Below, one piece after another: positions 10,131 to 19,674 of a stretch of 64,000 nt of DNA. The stretch lies in assembly GCA_027319565.1 (NCBI GenBank), contig DAHVNA010000003.1, forward strand, positions 1-64,000. The letters run 5' to 3'. The translations under genes and the position numbers were made by a program. This DNA comes from Elusimicrobiota bacterium (GTDB lineage Bacteria; Elusimicrobiota; Elusimicrobia; UBA1565; UBA9628). Position 1 is the first letter of the stretch; every line of letters begins with the position of its first letter. A model generated the notes under the pieces. The model did no database searches. It had not been told where the DNA came from and saw only the letters and a list, made by a program, of their open reading frames with translations.

Positions 10131-13100
10131 AAACTCGCTTAATGGGCTTGAGTCTTCTTTTCCTCGCCGTTTCTACGCGCGCAAGCTGGTTTGGAAACAG
10201 CGGTCCTTCCCGCGCCGATGAGGAAGAGGCCTTTAGAAACTCGGCGATATTTTTCCAGGAACCCGGCAAGGATTTAAAAAGCGCTTATCAATCTTTTAAA
10301 AAATATATCCATCAATATCCAAGAAGCCCTAAATTTCTTGACGCGGAATTTCTGTTGGGGGAAGCCTCGATGGAAGAGGCTTTAGACTCCCTCAAAGCCC
10401 ATGAGGCCCGCGCAAAAACTAATTTTATGCGGAGAAATCTCCATCAAAAACCAGCTGAAAATCTCCTCGTCACGCAAGACCTTTCAAACGCGGAAAAAGC
10501 TTATAAATTCGTCGTTAATCATGATCCCAAGACCGGGCTCGGGGCTTCCGCTCAATATCGCTTGGGAGAATTAGCCTATGATGAGAGGCATTGGAATAAG
10601 GCCATTAAGCGGTTTAAAGACGTTGAAATCAATTACCCCCATTCCTATATAGCCCCGGAAGCCTTGATGGGAATTGTTTTTTCCGACCTCGCTTTGGGAA
10701 ACTACGCCCAAGCGGAAACCGACCTTACGGCTCTCGGGGAAGATTTTCCCCTCTATCTGAAAATTCCCTCCATGCTCTACTCGCAGGGAGTCATCGCGCT
10801 CCATGAGCAAGATTACGAAAAGGCCGAAAAATTTTTCAAACGCGTAAAAAGCGCGGATTCAACCTACTATCTAGGCTTAACCTATATTCTCTCCAAGCGT
10901 CCTTATCTCGCCGCCTCGACCTTGGACCGCTTCGAGACGCAATACCCTCAAAACCCGCTTCAGGAAGAAGCCCATCTGATGATGGGAGACGCATTTTTCT
11001 TAGCCAAGGATTATGACGGCGCTATCGCCAAATACCAAGCGTTTCTCTCCTCTTATCCGGCCACCTCTCTCGATGCCGCCGCTACCTATCGCTTAGGATC
11101 CTCATTTTTCGATAAACAAGATTACAACACCGCTCTTGCGTATTTCCGCAATGTAGTCGGCAAATATCCAAAAAGTTTTTTTGCTCCGCTGGCCCAATAC
11201 TTTATCGGCGAGGCTTATCTAAACTCCAACCAACTGCGTTTCGCTCTTTTTGCCTACACCCGAATCATTACGCATTACCCCGCATCCAACGATATCGTTA
11301 AACTCGCTCGCTACAAAATCATCTGGACCCAATATCAAATGGGAAATTATGCCCAAGTCGTCCAAAGCGCCCAAGACTTTCTCTCTTCATATCCGGAAGA
11401 CAAATTGGCCAAGGATGTCAGCCTTATCGAGGGAAACGCTTTTAAGAAACTAAAACGCGATGACGACGCGATCGCGGCGTTTCAGCATGTCATCGATCTT
11501 GCGCCTTCTTCCGAAGTGGCTGAGCAAGCCCTTTTCTCCATTCTCAAAGACGAATTCGATCAAAAATCTTACTACTCCATTATCACTTCGTATCAATTCA
11601 TCTTTAGACACCTGCCGCCTTCTCAGTCTCAATGGCGCATTTTGAGCTATCTTTATGCCGCCGAAGCCTATCTTTCGCTCAATCGCCCGACCGAGGCCAA
11701 GGATATTTACAAGATGACCTTGCAGCTCTATCCCGACAGCCCTTACGCTCTCTACGCCCAAGACGGACTGGCTTGGGCCTACACCTATGCGGGAGAAGAT
11801 GAAAAGGCCCTGGCCGCTCGGCAAAAGCTCAAAGACATGATGTCCCTTTTAAGTTCCACTTCTTCTTTTGCCGGGGCGAGCGAAATGGGAATCGCCGACA
11901 GCCTGTTTAACCAAAGGAAATTCGAGTATGCCTATGAAATTTACTCAAAATTCGCGAAAAACAACCCTAATTCTCCCGAACTTCCGCGCGTTCTCTATCA
12001 TGAGGGGCTGAGTCTCTACCAAATGCGCTATTACACGCAAGCCGTCGATACTTGGAATGAATTGGCGGCGAAATTTCCGAAATCCCCGGAGGCCAGAAAA
12101 GGCTCTTTCTTGGCGGCCGATACCCTCTTTCGCGCGCAGAAATACCCCGAAGCCATCCAAATTTATCGGCGAATTCTGCACGACTATGTCGACAGCAAGA
12201 GATTATCTTTGGCTCGGCTGAGAATAGCCCAGTCTTATTTCAACGAACAGAAAGACGACAAGGCCGTTCAAGAAACAGAAACCTTGATCCGGAGTTTCCC
12301 AAACGCGCAGGAATCTCTCGACTCCTTGGACATGCTGGACTCCATCTTTGACCGGGCCAAAGGCATTGATTATAAAACTGTCCTTAAGACCATCATTGCC
12401 TCCGCTCCCAACAGTCCGGTCGCGGCGGAAGCCACCTATCGCCTCGCCCGACGCGCGTTTGACGACAAGAATTATTCCCTTGCCATCGATTATTTCCAGA
12501 AATTCAGCGTCCGCTACACCGAACATCCTAAATTGGCCAAAGCCCAATTTTTTCTGGGGGAGAGTTACATTCAAACCAAGAAATACCAAGAGGCCGTGGC
12601 TCCACTCGAGCGCTTTATCAACAATTTCGCGGCCTCCCAAGAAACCCCGATAGCGATCTTCCATCTGGCGACTTGTTTCTATAACCTTAAAGAATATCGG
12701 GAAGCGGCGCAAAACTACGCTCAACTTCTAAGAGATTATCCAAATTCGGATTATGAAAAAGCCGCTCAATTTAATCTGGCTTTGACCTACAAGGATTTAG
12801 GAGAATCCGATTTGGCGCAGCAAGCCTATCAGGATTATGTCAAAACGGTCGGAGCAAAAAGCGCGGACGGGCGTTCGGCTTATTGGGAGATATTTGACAT
12901 TCAGAAAAAAGAGCGCGACTATGACGGAGCGCTTAAGACCTTGGATCAATTAGACGCCTCGGCATCAGATCCAACCCAAAAATTGGAGGACACCTACCGC
13001 CAGGGAGAAATTTACTCACTGATGGCCCGCCCCGATGAAGAACTCAATGTCTGGAAAAAAATGGAGGGAATGGACCCCGCCAACAACCCCTTCCGTCTTC

Positions 13101-13351
13101 AAGCCTTGATCAAATTGGGAGAGATGTATGAGAAGTATAACGATTTTGCGGACGCCACCGCTGTCTACAAGGATCTGGCCAGAAGCGCTTCGGGAGCCCT
13201 CGCCACTCAAGCTTTGGAAAGAGCCAAGGCGATGGCAGCCGAGGCAAAAAGACAAGGTGGTTCACCGGCTCGAGCCGACGCAACCAACGCAAGCTCTTCC
13301 TCAAATCCAGCGCAAGCCGCTACGCCAAGCCAAATGCCAGGAATGCAATAG
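10127..13351 (+). CDS. Large exported TPR-repeat protein (CpoB/BamD-like repeats), 1074 aa
   Basis: Signal peptide; many ~35-37 aa repeats of type A.Y.LG..Y.....Y..A...F......YP.S; ATGA overlap with thrS. Confidence 0.88.
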   Translation: MKTRLMGLSLLFLAVSTRASWFGNSGPSRADEEEAFRNSAIFFQEPGKDLKSAYQSFKKYIHQYPRSPKFLDAEFLLGEASMEEALDSLKAHEARAKTNFMRRNLHQKPAENLLVTQDLSNAEKAYKFVVNHDPKTGLGASAQYRLGELAYDERHWNKAIKRFKDVEINYPHSYIAPEALMGIVFSDLALGNYAQAETDLTALGEDFPLYLKIPSMLYSQGVIALHEQDYEKAEKFFKRVKSADSTYYLGLTYILSKRPYLAASTLDRFETQYPQNPLQEEAHLMMGDAFFLAKDYDGAIAKYQAFLSSYPATSLDAAATYRLGSSFFDKQDYNTALAYFRNVVGKYPKSFFAPLAQYFIGEAYLNSNQLRFALFAYTRIITHYPASNDIVKLARYKIIWTQYQMGNYAQVVQSAQDFLSSYPEDKLAKDVSLIEGNAFKKLKRDDDAIAAFQHVIDLAPSSEVAEQALFSILKDEFDQKSYYSIITSYQFIFRHLPPSQSQWRILSYLYAAEAYLSLNRPTEAKDIYKMTLQLYPDSPYALYAQDGLAWAYTYAGEDEKALAARQKLKDMMSLLSSTSSFAGASEMGIADSLFNQRKFEYAYEIYSKFAKNNPNSPELPRVLYHEGLSLYQMRYYTQAVDTWNELAAKFPKSPEARKGSFLAADTLFRAQKYPEAIQIYRRILHDYVDSKRLSLARLRIAQSYFNEQKDDKAVQETETLIRSFPNAQESLDSLDMLDSIFDRAKGIDYKTVLKTIIASAPNSPVAAEATYRLARRAFDDKNYSLAIDYFQKFSVRYTEHPKLAKAQFFLGESYIQTKKYQEAVAPLERFINNFAASQETPIAIFHLATCFYNLKEYREAAQNYAQLLRDYPNSDYEKAAQFNLALTYKDLGESDLAQQAYQDYVKTVGAKSADGRSAYWEIFDIQKKERDYDGALKTLDQLDASASDPTQKLEDTYRQGEIYSLMARPDEELNVWKKMEGMDPANNPFRLQALIKLGEMYEKYNDFADATAVYKDLARSASGALATQALERAKAMAAEAKRQGGSPARADATNASSSSNPAQAATPSQMPGMQ

Positions 13352-13366
13352 TTCAAGGAGAATTCA

Positions 13367-13978
13367 ATGGGAATCAACTTAATCGAAATTTTAAAACAAA
13401 GCTTCACGCTCGCCATCCTTCTTTTCTGCTCGATTCTTTCCTTTACCTTCATGTTCGAGCGCTGGTGGTATTTTAGACACGCCGACCCCAAAGGGAACGA
13501 TATTCTGAATGGAATCAGAAAGTTTTTGGAAGCAGGAAACATCCAAGAAGCCATTAACTTCTGCCAGAAAAGCCGCTCGGCCATCGCCAAGGTCATCCAC
13601 TACGGCCTCATCAATCACAACCGTTCACGACAAGATCTTTGGGAACTCTTGGAAACCAAACGACAGGAAGAACGTCTACGCTTTGAGAGGTTTTTAGGAG
13701 TCTTGGGAACGCTTGGAAATATTTCTCCCTTTATCGGCCTGTTTGGAACCGTGGTGGGAATCATCAAGGCTTTTCGAGATCTCGCCTTGGCCGGAACCGG
13801 CGGCCCCGCCGTCGTCGCCCGCGGCATCGCCGAAGCCCTGGTTTCAACCGCCGCCGGGCTTTTAGTGGCCATTCCCGCCGTCATCATCTATAACTATTTT
13901 ATGCGCCGGGTCAAGACAGTCTCCGTTAAAATGGAAGTAGCATCGACCCGTCTGATCGTTCTTTTGGGAGCAAAATGA
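13367..13978 (+). CDS. exbB: MotA/TolQ/ExbB proton-channel protein
   Basis: SPFIGLFGTVVGII and GIAEALVSTAAGLLVAIPA motifs. Confidence 0.92.
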   Translation: MGINLIEILKQSFTLAILLFCSILSFTFMFERWWYFRHADPKGNDILNGIRKFLEAGNIQEAINFCQKSRSAIAKVIHYGLINHNRSRQDLWELLETKRQEERLRFERFLGVLGTLGNISPFIGLFGTVVGIIKAFRDLALAGTGGPAVVARGIAEALVSTAAGLLVAIPAVIIYNYFMRRVKTVSVKMEVASTRLIVLLGAK

Positions 13979-14451
13979 GTATCGGACATCCGAAATCGGA
14001 GACCTCAGAAGAGCCAATTACCGGCATCAATGTCACTCCGCTTGTCGACGTCTCCCTGGTCTTAGTGATTATCTTCATGGCGGCCGCTCCTTTTACGGTC
14101 ATAGCCGGAATCAAGGTCTTGGAATCTCAAACCGGAATCGCCACTGGAAAGGTTTCCGCCTCCGATAATGTCACGGTTAAAATCGATATTAACGATAAAA
14201 TTACGGTCAACGATCAGCCGATTACCTCTCATTCAACCCAAGATTTAATTAGCGCCATTGGGCGCGCCTTGCTCAAAAGCAAGGACCGAATGGTCATCGT
14301 TTCCGCCGATGACAAAAACAAGGTCGGACAAGTCGTCAATCTTTTAGATTCCGCCAAACAAGCGGGGGCGCTCAAAGTCGCGATTATGAAAAACGACTCG
14401 ACTCCCGCTCCCGTCAAAGGACCCAAACGTGGCAATCGAAACCGCAGCTGA
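13975..14451 (+). CDS. exbD: ExbD/TolR family protein 1
   Basis: INVTPLVDVSLVLVIIFM with conserved TM Asp. Confidence 0.92.
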   Translation: MSIGHPKSETSEEPITGINVTPLVDVSLVLVIIFMAAAPFTVIAGIKVLESQTGIATGKVSASDNVTVKIDINDKITVNDQPITSHSTQDLISAIGRALLKSKDRMVIVSADDKNKVGQVVNLLDSAKQAGALKVAIMKNDSTPAPVKGPKRGNRNRS

Positions 14452-14839
14452 AGGAGACATCGTCTCTGGGATCAACGTCACTCCGCTGGTCGACGTTTGC
14501 TTGGTTTTGGTCATTATTTTCATGGTGACCGCGCCACTTTTGTCCAACCCTCCCATCAAGGTTGACTTGCCGATGGCGCATACCCAGGAAGGTCACGACG
14601 GCGACAAAATCACCGTGACCCTTGGAAAAGACGGCAACGTCGCCGTTGGAGAAAAGCTTTTCCCGAATGTCCCCGCGGCCGAGGCCTCATTAAGCGCTCA
14701 TATCGCCAACAGCGATACGAAAATCGTCGTCATCCGCGCCGATCGCGACGCGCTCAACGGCTGGCTGACCGACATCATGGCGCGCGCCAAAGCCGACGGG
14801 GCTCTTAACATCACGATCGCGACCCTTCAGAAAAAATGA
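14429..14839 (+). CDS. exbD: ExbD/TolR family protein 2
   Basis: INVTPLVDVCLVLVIIFMVTAP, VDLP, VIRAD. Confidence 0.92.
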   Translation: MAIETAAEGDIVSGINVTPLVDVCLVLVIIFMVTAPLLSNPPIKVDLPMAHTQEGHDGDKITVTLGKDGNVAVGEKLFPNVPAAEASLSAHIANSDTKIVVIRADRDALNGWLTDIMARAKADGALNITIATLQKK

Positions 14840-15939
14840 ACGAAGAGCGCACCCCTTTAGCCTTAATTTTATCAACTCTTCTGCATGCGGCCGGGCTTTT
14901 TCTCTTTTTAATGTTGGCTAAACAGAACGCCAAAAAAGTCACTCAAACGATTTCCGATGTCGACTTGCTCGTCCCAATGCACAAAACTCTGCCTCCGCCG
15001 CTGCCAACGGCGGTTAAAAGATTCCGTCCAAAGCCTAAAAAAATCGCTTTTAAAAGCATGAAAGATTTTCTAAAACTCGCTCTTCCCGCTCCGGCGGCTC
15101 CCAAGCCCCAAGCTCCTAAAGCGCTTAGCATCGCTCTTCCCGAAGAACATCATCTGATGGCCGCGGCGGCCAAAATAGAAGATCGCGGGAGAATGCGCGC
15201 AAGGCAGAAACTGAATTCTCATTTGGACATGAGCCGCAAGGATCTCCCCCAAGAAGCGGCCTTTAAAGAGAATTTTAACGACTCTCACCATGAAAGCGCG
15301 GCCCAACTTCCAAGACTGGAAGAGATCGGGCGCAGGCGAGCGCCGCAAAAGCTTCTCAATCAAATCGCGCTTCAAGACGCCCAACAGCAAAACGCTCCCA
15401 TGGGAATCGCCGATTCCAATGTTTCTTTACCGGAAAATCATATGGCCGCGCCGGTTCAAGAAGCCCCATTAGAAGAGGCCTCTCCCGAGCCCCCCCACTC
15501 CCACCATTTTTCCGCTGAAATACCGGGCTCTTCCATTCAGATGGCGCCTAAAAGCGCGCCTCTTCCCGGAACACCACTCTCTGCCGACGATTTGAGCGTC
15601 AAAACGACCCATCCGACCACCGCCGCCAATCTCAAAGCCGGAGGCAAAAAAGGCATCGACATCGAAGGCCCTCTCGCAAACCGAAATGTAATTTCTTACA
15701 ATATCCCCAAGTTCCCAGATTGGGCCCTCAAACAGGGAATTCCGGAATCATCCGTGTCTATTCGATTCTGGGTCTCCCCGGACGGGAAAGTGTTGCCGAA
15801 TTTGAGAATAGAACGAACATCGGGATTTGGAAGGCTGGACCGTTTGGCCATGGAGGCCTTAAAAAAATGGCGTTTTGCGCCGATAAAAACACAGGAGAAA
15901 GAATGGGGCGTCATCACTTTCCGCTTTTTACTCGATTAA
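14836..15939 (+). CDS. tonB: TonB/TolA-like energy transducer
   Basis: N-terminal TM with SxxLH (STLLH), Pro-rich linker, TonB_C (FWVSPDGKV...TSGFGRLDRLAMEALKKWRFAP). Confidence 0.85.
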   Translation: MNEERTPLALILSTLLHAAGLFLFLMLAKQNAKKVTQTISDVDLLVPMHKTLPPPLPTAVKRFRPKPKKIAFKSMKDFLKLALPAPAAPKPQAPKALSIALPEEHHLMAAAAKIEDRGRMRARQKLNSHLDMSRKDLPQEAAFKENFNDSHHESAAQLPRLEEIGRRRAPQKLLNQIALQDAQQQNAPMGIADSNVSLPENHMAAPVQEAPLEEASPEPPHSHHFSAEIPGSSIQMAPKSAPLPGTPLSADDLSVKTTHPTTAANLKAGGKKGIDIEGPLANRNVISYNIPKFPDWALKQGIPESSVSIRFWVSPDGKVLPNLRIERTSGFGRLDRLAMEALKKWRFAPIKTQEKEWGVITFRFLLD

Positions 15940-16895
15940 TCGCTCTCATTGCCCTCTTGGCCCTCGGTTCTTCTCGCCAAGCCCAAGCGGATGATAATTC
16001 ATCCGACTCAACGGTCGAATCTCCGACTATTTCCAGCGGCGGAGCCCCGACCGAAGTGACAGTCAAGGGCCACGAAGAATCCTCAAGAATCACCAGCGTC
16101 AAGCCGCCTATCGATATCCATGTCGACCCCTTCCAAAGCATCCGATCCACGATAAAACCCAAGCAGTCTCTTTTATTGGCTATCTCTCCCAATATGTCCT
16201 CATGGCGACACACCCACCCTGAATTTCTGATGGCCCAGCGAGTCATCAAGCCCTGGAGTTCCGCGTTTAGCGCGGGTTCAGGCATCGTTTTTCACGTCAG
16301 AAAAGAGCTCGACAAGGCCATAGGGCATTCTCTTTCTCCCAAGAAAGCCCGCCAATACGCTTGGAAACTCTCTATCGTCAACGACCAGGGACGAGTTTTC
16401 CAAAAATATGGCGGCCCCGACAACCCTCCAAAGGAAACCGTCTGGTCTGGAGAAAGCCAAACCGGCGGCTATGTCAAAGCGGGAGAATCTTATTCTCCTG
16501 TTTACACCTTTATCGATCCCAACGGCTCGCCCCATACCATCGTAGGCAAGCCCATTATCTTTAAAGGGACCATCCACCAAGAAGCGGACGGAAGACATCT
16601 GGAACTCAATTCCACCATTCTCTTTGGCCCACGGCGCGCGGAAACAGAAATTCAAGCTCCGGAAGGAACAAACCTTTTGCAGTCCGCGGCGGATTTTATC
16701 AAGCGCTTTTTCCCCAATTATCCGCTGCGGGTACAAGCCTTTGCCGCAACGGACTCTTTGGCCCACTCCCAGGCGGAAGCGGTTAAGACCGCTCTTCTCA
16801 AAGAACTGATGCTGCCCGCCTCGGATTTATCCACCGATGCCGCGGAAGCCCCCTTTTCTCATCAGAGAGTGGTCATTGTCATATCTAATCCCTAA
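15903..16895 (+). CDS. Exported protein with FlgD/Ig-like middle and degenerate OmpA/MotB-like C-terminal domain
   Basis: AGGAG SD then signal peptide from 15903; WKLSI.NDQGRV...VWSG pattern; C-terminal ILF...LRVQAF...AEAVK..L...QRVVIVI. Confidence 0.55.
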   Translation: MGRHHFPLFTRLIALIALLALGSSRQAQADDNSSDSTVESPTISSGGAPTEVTVKGHEESSRITSVKPPIDIHVDPFQSIRSTIKPKQSLLLAISPNMSSWRHTHPEFLMAQRVIKPWSSAFSAGSGIVFHVRKELDKAIGHSLSPKKARQYAWKLSIVNDQGRVFQKYGGPDNPPKETVWSGESQTGGYVKAGESYSPVYTFIDPNGSPHTIVGKPIIFKGTIHQEADGRHLELNSTILFGPRRAETEIQAPEGTNLLQSAADFIKRFFPNYPLRVQAFAATDSLAHSQAEAVKTALLKELMLPASDLSTDAAEAPFSHQRVVIVISNP

Positions 16896-16948
16896 CCGGT
16901 CAAAACCGAGCCGCCGCCCGCGAACTTTTTTTGATAAAATGCGTATTA

Positions 16949-17569
16949 ATGATAGAGAGGAAGGAGGAACTCTTGGATCCTAAGAGGTTCCAGGACGCTG
17001 CGGCGGAATCTTTCCGGCAGGTTGAGTTCGTCGCCCTGCTTAAAAACAACGGCGATAAAGTTTATAATTTTGCTTGGCGACTGGCGGGAAATGAGCAGGA
17101 TGCATGGGATTTATTTCAGGAAACTTTAATGAAAGCTTATTCGCACTTTGAATCTTACGATAAAAGTCGCCCTTTCGACAGTTGGTTGTTTAAAATACTC
17201 CAAAACGTTTATTTAGACGAACGCAGACGCGATTCCAGAAAAGCGACCTCATCGCTTGACGCGCCGTCTCCCATTTCAGGAAAGCCTTGGGAAGAAATTC
17301 TCGCGGGGACCGATGTAAATCCTTTGGACCGTTTTTCCAAGGAAGAGAACATCGATATAGTCCAAAAAGCCTTGGCGGGGCTTTCGCCCTTATACCGGAG
17401 CGCCGTCATCCTTTGCGACATGGAAGGGCTCTCATATGATGCCATTGCGGAAGTTATGGATTGCCCTATTGGCACCGTCAGATCCCGGGTTCATCAAGCG
17501 CGCCAACTTTTGAAAAAAGCTTTTGAAGATTTATCTAATATTACAAACTCGGACAGGCAACTCCAATGA
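16949..17569 (+). CDS. ECF RNA polymerase sigma factor (start could be TTG 16973 after AGGAGG)
   Basis: DLFQET, FDSWLFKI region 2; EGLSYDAIAEVMDCPIGTVRSRVHQAR region 4. Confidence 0.93.
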   Translation: MIERKEELLDPKRFQDAAAESFRQVEFVALLKNNGDKVYNFAWRLAGNEQDAWDLFQETLMKAYSHFESYDKSRPFDSWLFKILQNVYLDERRRDSRKATSSLDAPSPISGKPWEEILAGTDVNPLDRFSKEENIDIVQKALAGLSPLYRSAVILCDMEGLSYDAIAEVMDCPIGTVRSRVHQARQLLKKAFEDLSNITNSDRQLQ

Positions 17570-18009
17570 CGACAGAACACGAAGAAGCTTCTCTTTTATC
17601 CGCGCTTTTAGACGGCGAGCTTGAAGGCCCGGAACGGGTGCAACTCCAAAAGCATTTGTCTTCCTGTTCCGCCTGCGCTCTTGAGCTGGAATCTTTAAGA
17701 AAAGTCAAAATGGTTCTAGCCAAAGCTCCTAAAAAATCCCTGCCCATGGAGTGGACTCAAAGCTTCCCGCAAGTCTTGGCGGCGGCAAATTCCCACAAAA
17801 CTTCTTTTCGCCCGGGCGTTTTTTCTCAAAATTGGCTTATCCCCGCCCTTGTTGCCGCGGCAGTTTCTTTCGCGGTCAGTTTTTGGATTTTCCAGAGCCG
17901 CTCGAATTTTCCATTACGGCATAGCTTGAGCTTAAATTCCGTTTCCGCCTCGACTGCGGCTTCTCCGCTGAACCCAAATTCGAGCCAAACGGAAAACAAC
18001 ACTCCGTAA
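17566..18009 (+). CDS. Zinc-binding anti-sigma factor (ZAS, zf-HC2) with TM helix
   Basis: LSALLDGEL, HLSSCSAC (HxxxCxxC), one TM; ATGA-coupled to the ECF sigma. Confidence 0.88.
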   Translation: MTTEHEEASLLSALLDGELEGPERVQLQKHLSSCSACALELESLRKVKMVLAKAPKKSLPMEWTQSFPQVLAAANSHKTSFRPGVFSQNWLIPALVAAAVSFAVSFWIFQSRSNFPLRHSLSLNSVSASTAASPLNPNSSQTENNTP

Positions 18010-18116
18010 TCCCGCCCCAATAGCCCCGCTTCCGCCTAGGTCTTTTTTCGGAGCTTTTCTAGGCCCTTTGGTTCATGTATTTTTATTTCGACCATGTTAA
18101 ACTTTCTCTAGGTCTC

Positions 18117-18998
18117 ATGAATAAAAAAATAAGAGCCATTGCCTTCTACGGATTCATCGCTTTTTTCCCTAAAATCCTTCACGCGGGCCCAGTGGAGAAT
18201 ATTTCTCAAGATCTGCCGCTAAAAACGGGTCAAATCATTGGAATTTCCGAAATGATCAAGGATCCGAGCACCTTTTTCTTCGAGGCATTCTCAGGCAGCC
18301 GCTATGGACACATCGGTGTCATCGGTGAAAAGGAAAACGGCCGTTGGCAAGTTTATCACTCCAATCCTCCATCAGTACAAAAAAGCGATATTTCCGATTT
18401 CTTAGACCGTTCACGCGACGACTCAGGGCAACTTAATTTTACTCTGGTCGAACCAGCTTCTCCCTTATCTAATCAGGAGCAGAAAGCCCTCATAAGTCAA
18501 ATGCGCCGCATGCTCGGAACCCCCTACAATTACGAGCAATATCTTAACAACCATTCCGTCAATTGCTCGGAGTTCGTGTATAAGGCTTTCCGAAATATTG
18601 GTCGAGAGAAAATCGGAGAAATCGAGAAAATTATTAATGACACCAATTTCAAAAGCTTTGATGGGGAACTTTACGGGCTTTACGCGAATCCGTCCACACC
18701 TCTCCCAAAAGACGCCTATGGAATTACTCCCGTCTCAATTATTAATAGCCGGAATGTCCGCGTCGTGCGCGCTAGACTTCCCGTAGAACGACTGCTCAGC
18801 GACCGCGAGATCTACGAGTCCTGGGAAAAAGGCGGCGGGCTAAAGGCTTTTGAGCGCGCACTTGGGCCCATAGCTGCACTTCATAAGATTGACATCAATG
18901 ATTTCATGAAAAAATTGGATAAAGCTTCCCATCGGCCAAGCGCGCTACAACCCTTTCGCCTCTACCCTCTTACCTGGCGACAACCTCCACAAAAATAA
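18117..18998 (+). CDS. Exported permuted papain-like (YiiX/YebB, NlpC/P60) amidase
   Basis: His (YGHIG) precedes Cys (NCSEFVY); GTPYNY; signal peptide. Confidence 0.75.
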   Translation: MNKKIRAIAFYGFIAFFPKILHAGPVENISQDLPLKTGQIIGISEMIKDPSTFFFEAFSGSRYGHIGVIGEKENGRWQVYHSNPPSVQKSDISDFLDRSRDDSGQLNFTLVEPASPLSNQEQKALISQMRRMLGTPYNYEQYLNNHSVNCSEFVYKAFRNIGREKIGEIEKIINDTNFKSFDGELYGLYANPSTPLPKDAYGITPVSIINSRNVRVVRARLPVERLLSDREIYESWEKGGGLKAFERALGPIAALHKIDINDFMKKLDKASHRPSALQPFRLYPLTWRQPPQK

Positions 18999-19069
18999 AG
19001 ACAAGGGCATCCGCCTTTCCGCCACCATCGCGCCAATCTTTTATTCATTTCTGATTATTCATCTTCCTT

Positions 19070-19086
19070 TTGGCACTTTTGTTGCA
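19070..19086 (+). promoter_or_regulatory. sigma54 (-24/-12) promoter P1
   Basis: TTGGCACTTTTGTTGCA matches TGGCAC-N5-TTGC; ~40 nt upstream of the cytochrome c ATG. Confidence 0.85.
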
Positions 19087-19128
19087 AGTAGTTTTTTGCC
19101 GGGAATAAAGACTTAAGGAGATGCTCAA

Positions 19129-19659
19129 ATGAATACTAGAAAGACTTTCTGGATTAGCTTCGGAATCTCCATGATCGGGCTTATGCTTTTCCTATCCACC
19201 CCTCAAGCCGCCGATAAAATGGAAGAAGCCTTCCGAAACAGCGTATTTCCCAACGACTTTGGCCCCACCACTATCAATGTCTCTCATTATCCCAAGAAAA
19301 TGCAGGCCTACTACAAGGTATTTCTGAAAAAATGTTCAAAATGCCACAGCGTCGCGCGCCCCATCAATGCGCAATTCTTGGAGCTCACCCCTCAGGGCGA
19401 AAAAATCGCTAAAAAAGACGATCCCATCATCTTTAAGGACACCGATGTCTGGAAAGTCAGCCCGGTCATCTGGGACAAATACGTCCATAAAATGATGGCG
19501 AAACATGGAGCGGTCATCACCAAGAAAGAAGGGCACGAAATTTATGAGTTTCTGGTCTACGACTCCAAGGTGCGCAAAACCGGAGCCAAGACAAAGGAAT
19601 GGGAAAAGCAACGCGAGCGCCTGCTCAAAAATTTAGAAGAAATAACCGAAGGACTATAA
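19129..19659 (+). CDS. Exported monoheme cytochrome c
   Basis: Signal peptide, CSKCH, later W..YVHKMM (candidate Met ligand); AAGGAG SD. Confidence 0.8.
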   Translation: MNTRKTFWISFGISMIGLMLFLSTPQAADKMEEAFRNSVFPNDFGPTTINVSHYPKKMQAYYKVFLKKCSKCHSVARPINAQFLELTPQGEKIAKKDDPIIFKDTDVWKVSPVIWDKYVHKMMAKHGAVITKKEGHEIYEFLVYDSKVRKTGAKTKEWEKQRERLLKNLEEITEGL

Positions 19660-19674
19660 AAACAAGGAGGAGTT

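Noticed and set aside
10127..13351. Periodicity in the TPR gene as a DNA repeat or CRISPR array
   Set aside because: The repeats are degenerate and protein-level; no identical nucleotide repeats with spacers and no cas genes seen
14020..14530. Similar ~60 nt stretches in the two exbD genes as recombination or inversion sites
   Set aside because: Explained by the conserved INVTPLVDV...IIFM motif, with synonymous differences
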